Source: Candidatus Multivoradales bacterium | GTDB taxonomy: Bacteria; Acidobacteriota; Thermoanaerobaculia; Multivoradales; JAHEKO01 | Direction: 5' to 3' | NCBI GenBank assembly: GCA_965223155.1 | Contig: CBDCVR010000015.1 | Location: 1,152,001-1,216,000, forward strand | Length of the DNA stretch: 64,000 nucleotides | The notes under the pieces: generated by a model | What the model was told of the DNA's origin: nothing | Seen by the model: only the letters and a program-made list of their open reading frames with translations | The model's database searches: none | In this document: positions 48,575-57,391 of the stretch, piece after piece | Layout of the letters: every line of letters begins with the position of its first letter | Position numbering within the stretch: position 1 is the first letter of the stretch | Translations under genes and position numbers: made by a program

Positions 48575-48636
48575 GGAGGTCTCCCGCGGAGTCGCAACCG
48601 CACCGGGCGGCTCCGCCGGGCGGATTGTTTCACGAC

Positions 48637-49398
48637 TCAACCGTCGTCATCCACGGCGGCCAACAGAGCGCGCGGCCGCTGACGCAGCCACCGATCGACG
48701 TGGACCGCCGAGAAGGACTGTTCCAGAATGGCCGCCGCTCCGGCAAGGTTTGGCGGCCGGCGGACCGGATCGTGGCCGTCCGAGGCGATGAAGTCGACGA
48801 GACCGCCATGCAGGAGATGGTCGACCGGGCGCTTCCGTCCCCAGCGCGGCGTGCGGATGGCTTCGGCGTTGACCTGAATGACGACGCCGTCGCCCTTGAG
48901 CTCGGCGATGAGGGCGGGCTCGGCGGCAAGCGCCGGGTAGCGTTCGACGTGCGCGAGCACCGGCACGAAACCGGCGTCGGCGATGCGCTCGAGAGCCCCT
49001 CGGAAAGCGTGCGCCGGAAGACCGGGGAAGAACTCGACCAAGAGGTGGCGTGTGCCGGCCAGGGGCAGAACCCGCTTGTCCTCGAGAGCTTCAAAGAAGA
49101 ACGAATCGACGTAGTGCTCGGCGCCCAGGACGAGCTCGATCGAGGCGAGCGCCGGCTCGACATCGGCTCGTGCGGCCAGCGCGGCGCGGAGCTCCTCGAA
49201 GGTGCTCGCCAGCTCGGCCGGCGAGCGCTCGTCGAAATACGGGGCGTAGAGGTGCGAGGTTGCCGCGAGCACGGAGGTGCCGTTCGCGGCCGCGAGGCGC
49301 ACGAGGTCCAGGGCGGCCTTGAGATCCGGCGGCCCGTCGTCGACTCCGGGCAGAACGTGGCAATGGCAGTCGACGAACCCTGAGGAGGTCCCGTTCAC
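48637..49398 (-). CDS. CpsB/CapC PHP-family tyrosine phosphatase
   Basis: VDCHCHVLPGVDDG, ATSH, LAHVERY, IASDGH; GTG start overlaps upstream stop. Confidence 0.92.
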   Translation of the reverse strand: MNGTSSGFVDCHCHVLPGVDDGPPDLKAALDLVRLAAANGTSVLAATSHLYAPYFDERSPAELASTFEELRAALAARADVEPALASIELVLGAEHYVDSFFFEALEDKRVLPLAGTRHLLVEFFPGLPAHAFRGALERIADAGFVPVLAHVERYPALAAEPALIAELKGDGVVIQVNAEAIRTPRWGRKRPVDHLLHGGLVDFIASDGHDPVRRPPNLAGAAAILEQSFSAVHVDRWLRQRPRALLAAVDDDG

Positions 49399-50969
49399 GG
49401 CCGGCCGAGCGCGCAGCGGAACCCCACCAGCGAGCTCGAGGAGTCCCGCACCAGGAAGGAACGATGGTCGGGGTCCATGCCTTCGAGAGTATGGTGTCCC
49501 TTGAGCACTCGGAACTCGGCCGTTTCGGCCTCTTGGGTTGGAGCGCTCGGCTGATACCGGGAGTTGGTCCATTCGTAGAGGGGCTCGAGGTCCAACTTGC
49601 CCGTGACAAATGCCAAGCGCCACTCCTGCTCGGTGGGTAGGCGCTTGCCCGCGCTGGCGCAGTAGACAACGGCTTGGTCGAAGCGAACGTCGGTCGCCGC
49701 GTCCACCAGGCTGTTGGCACGAGGGATGGACTCCAGAGCGGAATACGCTTGGAAGGACACCGGCTTGCGATCGATCCAGAAGGTCTCCTCGCCGTTGGCC
49801 GGGCCCACCCGGAGCATGCCGCGGCTGGCGCGCTTGAATGTTTTTTGGGCCAGGACCGCGGGATCTTCGGTGGGTTCGGGCTGCGGAGGTGGCGGCACCT
49901 CGGCTACCGGGTCCTCGCTCGGTAGCTCGGCTGGCGCGGCCGTACGTTCGGCTACGACGGGTGCCGGTGCGGGCTCGGCCGCCACCGGTTGGCTCCGCTG
50001 TCCGGCTTGGGCAACAATCGCCGCGGGGGGTCCGCCTCGGGCCGGCCAATAGGGAACGTAGACCGTGTCGAGCTCGGCCAAGACCAGCGGCTCGGCTTTG
50101 CCTTGGCCCATCGCCTTGAGATTGGCGGTCAGGACGAGGGGCTCGCCGCCAGGCCCTCCCCGGATGACCGAGACCTTTTCGAGGCCGGCTCGAGGCGTCG
50201 TTCCTCCGGCCGCTCCAAGGGCGAGATCGACCGAGGGCAGGGGGCTCTCGATCTCGACGAGACCGGGCTCCTCCACGGCCCCCAGGACGTAGACGCGGGT
50301 GCGCTTGCGCGGTCGGACCAGGACAATATCGCCGGCTCGGAGCGGCAGGTCGAGAGCCGGATCTCGACTGGTCAGCAGGTGTTCCCCATCGATCGGCGTC
50401 TTGGTCTGTGAGCCAGCCTCATCGAGGCGAACCAGCAGGATCGACGCGTCGGTGGCGACTGCGGGCAAGGCGCCAGCTGCGTCCAGCAGGGCCAGCAGGG
50501 TCGGATGCTCTTCCAGCCGGTAGGCGCCGGGCTCGGTGACTCCGCCGGAGATCGTGACTTCGCGCGGAGCCAAGGCGTCCAGGGTCACGAAGACCTGCGG
50601 GTCTTGAATCAGATCGGAGGCTTTGAGGATCCGCGCCAGGCGCCGTTCCGCTTGTTCGAGGGACAGTCCGGCGACCTGGATGCGATCGACCAGTGGGATC
50701 ACCAGGCGGCCATCGGGACGGACGTCGTAGACGCCCGATAGCTCATCCACACCGAAGACCTCGACCTCGAGCCGGTCTCCGGGAACGATCCGATACTCGC
50801 TCAGATGCTCGGTCGGGAAGCGGGAAATCTCGATCGCGGGGGCTTCTGGCTCTTGCGCGGACAGGCCGCCGACACCCAGACAGAGCCCGGCAAGAAAGCT
50901 CGCAACGATCCAACGAGCGCGCCGGTAGCGCCCGGATCGGGCACCGGCGGCACCTCCTAGCGAGCGCAC
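49395..50969 (-). CDS. OPX (Poly_export plus 2 SLBB) fused to C-terminal FGE/SUMF1-type domain
   Basis: YRIVPGDRLEVEVFG, DGRLVIPLV, SLBB repeats, Pro-rich linker, then FWIDRKPV..Y, YC...GKRLPTEQEW, EWTNS, VGFRCA; start uncertain. Confidence 0.82.
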   Translation of the reverse strand: MRSLGGAAGARSGRYRRARWIVASFLAGLCLGVGGLSAQEPEAPAIEISRFPTEHLSEYRIVPGDRLEVEVFGVDELSGVYDVRPDGRLVIPLVDRIQVAGLSLEQAERRLARILKASDLIQDPQVFVTLDALAPREVTISGGVTEPGAYRLEEHPTLLALLDAAGALPAVATDASILLVRLDEAGSQTKTPIDGEHLLTSRDPALDLPLRAGDIVLVRPRKRTRVYVLGAVEEPGLVEIESPLPSVDLALGAAGGTTPRAGLEKVSVIRGGPGGEPLVLTANLKAMGQGKAEPLVLAELDTVYVPYWPARGGPPAAIVAQAGQRSQPVAAEPAPAPVVAERTAAPAELPSEDPVAEVPPPPQPEPTEDPAVLAQKTFKRASRGMLRVGPANGEETFWIDRKPVSFQAYSALESIPRANSLVDAATDVRFDQAVVYCASAGKRLPTEQEWRLAFVTGKLDLEPLYEWTNSRYQPSAPTQEAETAEFRVLKGHHTLEGMDPDHRSFLVRDSSSSLVGFRCALGRP

Positions 50970-53797
50970 CGAAACCCTAGGGTCGCGTGGCTATCCGCGG
51001 GTGCCAGGTAGCGCCGCTGCTGGATGTTGAGAGCGGTGCCCGCCGCCCGTCCCCGGACCGAGCGGAAACTCTCGCCGTACTGAGACTCGGGCCGCTCGTT
51101 GCCCGGGTAGGCCTGGTACCAGGAACCGGTCCACTCCAGAATGGGGAAGAGATTGGCGTCAAGACGTTGCGCCGCCGCCTCCCATTCGTACTCGGTGGGG
51201 AGCCGTTTGCCGAGAGCTTGGCAGAAGGCTCGGGCGGTATCGAAGTCGACTCCGGTCGCGAACCCCTCCTTGACGGCTGGCGGTGGACCGCCGGTGATGG
51301 TCTCGTAGTCGATGGCCTTGACTGGCGCGAGATCGAGCTCGAAGGCCGCGAGCCGAGCCTCGAAGCGAGGCTGCTGGTTGTAGTAGGAGGCTTCGCCGGC
51401 GGGCAGTCCGATGGCGTAGCGGCCGCCGCGCACCCGCGCCATTCTGGTTGTGGGTCGGGTGGTGGGCCGGGCCGCGGGCGCCCGCTCCGAGGGGGTTGGG
51501 GGTTTCGAAGACGGCTGCCTACCCGGCGATCGGGCCTCGACGCCTCGGGACGCCTTGGCCACGGCCTTCTGGGCCGACTCCAACTCGCTCTCCAGCGTGG
51601 CGATTCGATCGGCCTGCCGTCCGGTCTCGGAGCGGGCCTGTTCGAGCTGACCGGTGAGCTCGGCAACCTTCGCCTCGAGAACCCGTCTCCGACCCTCGTT
51701 CGCGGCCAGCGCCTCTCGGGCGCCGTCGAGGTGTTTGCGCAGCTCGGTCTCGGACTGGCTGGCGCCGGAGCGGGCCGCCTCAAGCTCCTCTTGGAGAGCC
51801 TCGTTTCTGCGGTTCGCCTCTTGGACGGCCCCGGCCAGACGGCTCCGCTCGCTTTCGACGGCATCCAGGCGGTCCTTGAGGTCGGTCGCTTTGGCGGATT
51901 CGACTTCGAGCCGTCGGTCCAGCTCACTCTGGGACGAGACGGATTTCTTCCGGGTTTCCTCGAGGGCCGCCTGGGCGTCCTCGAGCTCTGCCTTGGTCCG
52001 GTTGAGCTCCCCGGCGAGGTTCTGCCGCTCGGAACCGGCGTTCTCGAGGTCCGAGGCGAGCTCGGCCGCTTGCGCCGCGCTTGCAGCCAGATTGGCCTTG
52101 ATCTCCCGATTCTCGGCGGCCAGAGAGCTCAAGGACTGACGAACGGCCTCGATCTCGCTTTCGAGGTTCGAGACTCGAGTTCCGGACTCCGACTGCAGCG
52201 CCTCGAGACGGGAAGCGAGGCCATCGCGTTGGCCCGTGACTTCATCCAGCTTGGCATTGAGGTCCGCGGCCTGGGACTCGGCCTCGCGCAACCGGGCGCG
52301 GGTGGCCGCGAGCTCGGTTTCGAACTCACGGGTCGAGGCGCCCTGCTCGGTGCGGAGTTTGGCGATCCGGCCCTCCAGAGATGCGATCTCGGCGGCGAGC
52401 CTGGTGCCGGATTCACGGCTTTCGGCAAGCGCGGTCTCCGAGACGGCGAGTTTTTGGGAGAGGTCCTCGGTCTCTCGACTCCGTGCGCGTAGCGCGTCCC
52501 GAGTCTCGGCAAGATCGCTGGTCAGCTCTGTCCCGCGCTGCTGCGAGGCCTCCAGGTTGGCGGTCAGCACAAGGCCCTGCTCGCGGCTTTCCGCCAAGTC
52601 GCCTTCGAGCGCCGCGATCGAGGCATTGGCCGCCTCGAGGCCGGTCCGCGTTTGCGTCAGGTCCGCGCGCAACTGGTCGCGCTCGGCACGCACTTCGCGT
52701 GCCACCCGGACCTCGGCCGCGCCGTCGTCGATTTCCTTCTGGAGCCGGCGGCCGTGGGCCTCGGCCCGGTTGAGCTCCTTGTCCAGCCGGTTGCGTTCTT
52801 TGCGCAGTTCGCGATAGTCGGTGACCTCGTCTCCGGCCGAGGAGAGGTCCTTCTGGAGCCGGACGATCTCGTCTCGGGCGTGGGCGAGTGCTCGGTTCGT
52901 CTGGTCGCGTTCGCGGCGGAGCTCGCGGTAGTCGGCGACCTCCCCGTTGGCGGCTTCGAGTTGTTGCTCGAGACGCGAGGCCTCCGCGCGGGCGTCGGCA
53001 AGTGCTTGCTCGGCCTGGTCGCGTTCGCGGCGCAGCTCGCGGTAGTTGGCAACCTCGCCGCTGGCGGAATCCAGGTCGCCTTCCAGCGCCGAGATCTCCT
53101 CGCGGGCTCGAGCCACGTCGCGCAGCAGACGGTCGCGCTCCTCGCGGACCGGAGCCAACTCGATGAGTTGTTCGTTTGCGGCCGCGAGCTCGGTTTCGAG
53201 CCTGGACTTGTCTGATTGAACGCCGGTGAGGTCGCGCACGAGCCGATCTCGCTCGGCGGTGACCCCGTCGAGGGTCGTGACGCGCTCCCGCGCCGCGGCG
53301 ATCGAGCTCTCCAGGGTTGCGACCCGGTCGTTGGCGTCCGCCAAGGTGCCGCGCGCCGCTAGGAGATCGGCTTCGAGCGTTTGCTTCGCGGTCAAAGCTT
53401 CAGACAGTTCACGGGTGAGAGTGATTCTCCGATTCTCGGCCTGTTCCAGGTCCGCCCGCAGGCGCTGAACGTCGGCGGATGCGGCTGGACTAGGCGGGGT
53501 CGAGGCGCTGGCCGCCAGCTCGAGGCGGTTCGCCGGAACCCTGAAGCGAACCTGATGGCCCGGCTTGACGTCGGTTCCCGCGGGAAGCCGGAAGGCCGAC
53601 TCGCCGTCCTCGGTCGCGGCGATCTCGCCGTGGCCGAGCTCGATCCGCTGCGAACGGCCGCCCACGACCAGCTCGTAGTAGACCTCGCCTCGGTCCCCCG
53701 GCCGGAGACCGCCGAGGGTCCCTTGGTCGAGACGGGCGAGCGCACCATCGATGTCCAGAATCGTGGCCAGGACGACCACCAGCTCAGCTACGTTCAT
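50957..53797 (-). CDS. Long coiled-coil protein with small N-terminal beta domain and C-terminal FGE/SUMF1-type domain
   Basis: About 650 aa rich in E/A/R/L with heptad character; C-terminal FC...GKRLPTEYEWEAAA, EWT.SWY..YPG, RSVRG, LGFRCAR. Confidence 0.82.
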   Translation of the reverse strand: MNVAELVVVLATILDIDGALARLDQGTLGGLRPGDRGEVYYELVVGGRSQRIELGHGEIAATEDGESAFRLPAGTDVKPGHQVRFRVPANRLELAASASTPPSPAASADVQRLRADLEQAENRRITLTRELSEALTAKQTLEADLLAARGTLADANDRVATLESSIAAARERVTTLDGVTAERDRLVRDLTGVQSDKSRLETELAAANEQLIELAPVREERDRLLRDVARAREEISALEGDLDSASGEVANYRELRRERDQAEQALADARAEASRLEQQLEAANGEVADYRELRRERDQTNRALAHARDEIVRLQKDLSSAGDEVTDYRELRKERNRLDKELNRAEAHGRRLQKEIDDGAAEVRVAREVRAERDQLRADLTQTRTGLEAANASIAALEGDLAESREQGLVLTANLEASQQRGTELTSDLAETRDALRARSRETEDLSQKLAVSETALAESRESGTRLAAEIASLEGRIAKLRTEQGASTREFETELAATRARLREAESQAADLNAKLDEVTGQRDGLASRLEALQSESGTRVSNLESEIEAVRQSLSSLAAENREIKANLAASAAQAAELASDLENAGSERQNLAGELNRTKAELEDAQAALEETRKKSVSSQSELDRRLEVESAKATDLKDRLDAVESERSRLAGAVQEANRRNEALQEELEAARSGASQSETELRKHLDGAREALAANEGRRRVLEAKVAELTGQLEQARSETGRQADRIATLESELESAQKAVAKASRGVEARSPGRQPSSKPPTPSERAPAARPTTRPTTRMARVRGGRYAIGLPAGEASYYNQQPRFEARLAAFELDLAPVKAIDYETITGGPPPAVKEGFATGVDFDTARAFCQALGKRLPTEYEWEAAAQRLDANLFPILEWTGSWYQAYPGNERPESQYGESFRSVRGRAAGTALNIQQRRYLAPADSHATLGFRCAR
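52575..53262 (-). repeat. Six 38-aa (114-bp) internal repeats in the coiled-coil gene
   Basis: VTAERDRL, VREERDRL, LRRERDQA, LRRERDQT, LRKERNRL, VRAERDQL recur every 38 aa; boundaries approximate. Confidence 0.8.
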
Positions 53798-54816
53798 GAT
53801 TCGACCTCCATCGATTCGTCGAGACTTCGAATGTCGGTGACTTCGACCTCAACCACGTTCCGGTCGACGTCAACGGCTTGGTCAAGGGCCTCTTCGCGTT
53901 CGCGCATCTCGCTCAAGAGATCGGTTCCGCCTGCGGCTGCCCGCTTCGTTTCCGATTCGGTTGCCGACTCAGACCCGGCCCCTTTGAGCCGGTTCGGCGC
54001 TCCGGGATTTGGAGCCGACCCGGAGCGGCCGCGGCGAAGGCCTAAGAGGGCCGCGCCCGCGGCAAGGGCCACCAAGACCGTGATCGGCCAGCCCGACCAG
54101 CCCGAGATGCTGGCTTCTTCGGTGTCCCAAGACGACGGCGAGGTCGAGTCCGCGTCGGCTGCCCCGTCCGAGGCCGCGCTCTGACTCGAAGCCGCCGGCC
54201 CGGATTCTTCGGGCGCGCGAACGGCATCGGTCTCGGTGCGCACGCTCGTGGCCTCGTGGGAGGGCTCGCTGCCCGAAGCCGTGGATGCGGCTGGAGAGGA
54301 GTCCTCTGCCGGGGGTTGTGCACGCGGCTCGCTGGTTGTCGTCTGGCTTGCGTCGGCGCGGACGTCAGAGGCTGGATCTCGCCGCGGTCGCGGCGCGGGA
54401 ACCGGAGGTGGGCTCGATCGTTGACGGCGCTCCGGTGCCGTGGCCGTCGGCCGGGTGCGCTGTCTCGACGCTTCTGGCTTCGTGTCCGGTACGGCGGAAG
54501 AGGGTTCGGCGCCGGGCTCGGCCGGGTCCTCGCCGGAGGCCGGGCGGAGCCGCGCCCGCAACGTCTTGGGCTCGGCGTCAACCGCGACCGAGAGCGTCAG
54601 ACTCTCGAAGCCTTCTTTCGACAGGGTCAGGCGATACTTGCCCTGTGGGATCCCTTCGACGGTGAGCACGCCGGTGGAGCTGGTCTTGCCCAGCGGGACC
54701 CCGTCCCAGAAGACTTCGACGTCGGGCTGAGTCGAGATCACCAGCGATCCGCCGGGGGCCTCCGCCGCCAGGAAGAGCAGGGCAAAGGTGGCGAAAACAC
54801 TCATCACGGCATCCAT
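53794..54816 (-). CDS. PEGA-domain membrane protein with Pro/Ser-rich linker
   Basis: Signal-like N-terminus; GSLVISTQPDVEVFWDGVPLGKT...GIPQGKYRLTLSKEGF PEGA domain; single TM; acidic tail. Confidence 0.8.
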   Translation of the reverse strand: MDAVMSVFATFALLFLAAEAPGGSLVISTQPDVEVFWDGVPLGKTSSTGVLTVEGIPQGKYRLTLSKEGFESLTLSVAVDAEPKTLRARLRPASGEDPAEPGAEPSSAVPDTKPEASRQRTRPTATAPERRQRSSPPPVPAPRPRRDPASDVRADASQTTTSEPRAQPPAEDSSPAASTASGSEPSHEATSVRTETDAVRAPEESGPAASSQSAASDGAADADSTSPSSWDTEEASISGWSGWPITVLVALAAGAALLGLRRGRSGSAPNPGAPNRLKGAGSESATESETKRAAAGGTDLLSEMREREEALDQAVDVDRNVVEVEVTDIRSLDESMEVES

Positions 54817-54895
54817 CCGATCGACCCGCTACGCTATCCCGGCGGCGGTTGGTTGTCGAACCGAACCGCCCGTTGCCAGGCGCCTTTGCAAGCCC

Positions 54896-57385
54896 TCAGG
54901 GAGCATCGCCGGAAGGTCTCCGAATCAGGCGAACCGCCTCCAGAATCACCTGGTCGCAGGAGGCGGAGGAAGTACCTCGCAGCGTCACGTTCACGGTTCC
55001 CGGTCCTTCTAGAGCGATCTCGGTCACTCGGATCTCGGGCTTCGCGGTCGTCGGAGCGAGCGCCAGGAAAGCACGAGCCCGGGTCCCCCGTTGGACCAGC
55101 ATCCACTGGAGAGCGGGAGCGCAGTGCGGCGCTCGGTACCGAACCGACAGCTCGTAGGTCCCGCTCCGGTCCAGGACGGCCGTTTGCGTGATGAGGGTCC
55201 CCGGCGACGGGCGGACGGCGAGAACGCTCTCCCCGTCGAGGGAGCGGAGGGCGAGGTCCTCCGCAGCCTTGCGTGCCGTCTTCCAGCCGAAGTCCGTGCC
55301 CGCGAACGCAGCATCGAAGTCCCCGTTCCAGAGAAGATTGTGGCCGTCGAGGTAGTCGCGGTCCGTAACTCCTCGGAAGGCTTGCCAGTCGGCCCAGCCT
55401 TGGCGGGCCTCGGTCGTCAGACCCTGCTCGGCGAATATTCGTAGGATTCGATCCCGCCTGCCGTCGGGTGCCGGCAGCGAGGCTTGCCAGACCTCGAGCA
55501 GTGCCTTGCCGTCGGGCTCCGGGCGAAGCGGACTATCGCGTCTCGCGGCCAGCCGCAGGAGCTCGAGCTGGCTGCGGGCATCGCCCGGCCAGACGGCCCT
55601 CAGCTGATCGAACGAGGCTCCCGCGCGAGCGAAGACGGAAAACCCCAGGCGGCCGTTCGTGCCGGCATCCAGTGCCCGGCCGAAGGCCGCCAAACCGCCC
55701 TCGAGATCGCCGCCGCGCAAGAGGAAGTTGGCGTGAATCCAGGCCAGGTTCGGATCTCGAGGATTGCGCTCCCTGGCGCCGGCCAGGGCCTCGGCAGCTT
55801 CCGGCCGCCGCTGTGCCAGCTCGTAGGAGGTCGCCGCCTCCTGCCAGTATCGCCAGTCCGCCGGCTGGAGCGCGACCGCGCGCTCCAGCGCCTCGAGCGC
55901 TCCGGGGTTGTCGCCGTGGGCGCGGCGGACGAAGCCGAGCCGGAAGAGGGTCTCGGCGTTTCTCGGGTCGAGTCGCGCCGCCCGTTCGAGGTTGACCGGG
56001 CTGGGCTCGCCGAAGGTCAGGGCGCGGGCCGCGAGCCGATGTCCGGCGATGAGGCCCGAAACGGCGAGAATGCCGATGGCTATGAGGGAGACGAGACCGG
56101 CCGCGGGCAGCGCGTTTCCGGCACGGCCCCGGCCCCCGTGGGGAGCCTGGATGCCCAGGCCGCAACCCAGGAGGGCGGCGAAGGCAAGTGCGTTGGCGGG
56201 GATCTGGAGATTGAAGTCGACCAAGCCGTGGACGAGGAGGCCGACGACCGGGGCCAGAAGCAAGAGAGATCTTCTGGCCCGGGAGTCGTCCTCTCCGGCG
56301 ACCGCCGTCCGGATTTGGACGGCCAGCCACCAGCCCAGCAGGGCGAGAAGCATCGCGGCGACCGGCAATCCCCATTCGGCGGCCAGCTCCAGGTAGTCGT
56401 TGTGCGCGTGGTAGTAGGTGTTCTTGAGGTTCGGCGTCTGGAACTCGCGAAACCGCCAGCGGTACATTCCCGGTCCGACGCCGGCCAGAGGATGGTCGGC
56501 AACGAGAGCGAGAGTGTCGCGGTAGATCGTGAGCCGGTCCTTGAGCGACAGGAGGCCGGAACGCACCACGAGGGCGGCGGCCGCGGCCAAGGCCGCCGGC
56601 ACCGAGATGCCAAGGACAAGCGCTCCAGGACGGTTCCGGTTGCGCCGGAGCCGCCGCAGGAGAACGAGAGACGCCGTGAGGATGGCCGCGGAAGCGAAGG
56701 CCAGCCATCCGCCTTTCGAGTCCGAACGGTACAGAGCTGCGACGCAGACCGCGAGCATGGCGCCGGCGCCCAGCCGGAGTCCAGGCCGCGCCCCAGCCCG
56801 GCTCTCGCCGGGTTGCCCCCCGAACGGCGTCAGAAGAACGCCGGTCAGGATGAGGGCACCGATCGAGACCGCGCCGGCAAAGTGATTCGGATTGACGAAG
56901 GTTCCGGAGGCGAGATCGACCGGAATCTCGGGATCGGGACCCAAACTCGGAAGCAGTCCCGAGGCCGCGGCCAGACCGTAGAGCGCTTGCGCCGTCGAGA
57001 GACAGGCCAGGACGGCCAGCACGAGATCGGCTCGCCGCGTGCTCGCCGCGACCGCCGCCGCCGCGACCGTAAGGGCCGCCCAGACCGACGCGGCGAACAG
57101 AAACCCGTCGGCGCGAAGCGTCGGCAGCCCGACAAAGGCCGCGACCGGCGCTAGCCCGGGAAGCGCCAGGGCCCACCACCGGAGCGAAGCGCCCCTCCTC
57201 GCCTGGGCGACCAGGACCCGGCCGAAAGCGAGCGCGAGCGGGATCCAGATCGCCAGGCGGATCCAGGACGGCGTGCCGCCCAGGCCCACTGTCGCAGCGG
57301 CGACCACCCCCAAGAGCAAAGCCAGAGGGCCGGCGGGCACCTGCCCGGCTTCCGGCGCTGCTTCGGCCGGTGCTACCGACACCAC
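54896..57385 (-). CDS. O-antigen ligase (WaaL/Wzy_C) family protein with TPR repeats and C-terminal beta-sandwich
   Basis: SGTFVNPNHFAG, SKGG, HPLAGVGPG, HAHNDYLE..AEWG, HGLVDFNLQIPAN; TPRs; NLLWNGDF CBM-like start. Confidence 0.88.
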   Translation of the reverse strand: MVSVAPAEAAPEAGQVPAGPLALLLGVVAAATVGLGGTPSWIRLAIWIPLALAFGRVLVAQARRGASLRWWALALPGLAPVAAFVGLPTLRADGFLFAASVWAALTVAAAAVAASTRRADLVLAVLACLSTAQALYGLAAASGLLPSLGPDPEIPVDLASGTFVNPNHFAGAVSIGALILTGVLLTPFGGQPGESRAGARPGLRLGAGAMLAVCVAALYRSDSKGGWLAFASAAILTASLVLLRRLRRNRNRPGALVLGISVPAALAAAAALVVRSGLLSLKDRLTIYRDTLALVADHPLAGVGPGMYRWRFREFQTPNLKNTYYHAHNDYLELAAEWGLPVAAMLLALLGWWLAVQIRTAVAGEDDSRARRSLLLLAPVVGLLVHGLVDFNLQIPANALAFAALLGCGLGIQAPHGGRGRAGNALPAAGLVSLIAIGILAVSGLIAGHRLAARALTFGEPSPVNLERAARLDPRNAETLFRLGFVRRAHGDNPGALEALERAVALQPADWRYWQEAATSYELAQRRPEAAEALAGARERNPRDPNLAWIHANFLLRGGDLEGGLAAFGRALDAGTNGRLGFSVFARAGASFDQLRAVWPGDARSQLELLRLAARRDSPLRPEPDGKALLEVWQASLPAPDGRRDRILRIFAEQGLTTEARQGWADWQAFRGVTDRDYLDGHNLLWNGDFDAAFAGTDFGWKTARKAAEDLALRSLDGESVLAVRPSPGTLITQTAVLDRSGTYELSVRYRAPHCAPALQWMLVQRGTRARAFLALAPTTAKPEIRVTEIALEGPGTVNVTLRGTSSASCDQVILEAVRLIRRPSGDAP

Positions 57386-57391
57386 GGACTG

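Noticed and set aside
49395-51420. Diversity-generating retroelement targeting the two FGE/C-type-lectin C-termini
   Set aside because: No reverse transcriptase in the window, and I found no near-identical template repeat differing only at adenines. The two tips are too divergent at DNA level. A remote DGR cannot be excluded.
49395-51420. Active formylglycine-generating (sulfatase-maturing) enzymes
   Set aside because: The catalytic CxxxxC segment after RGG is absent and no sulfatase gene is nearby.
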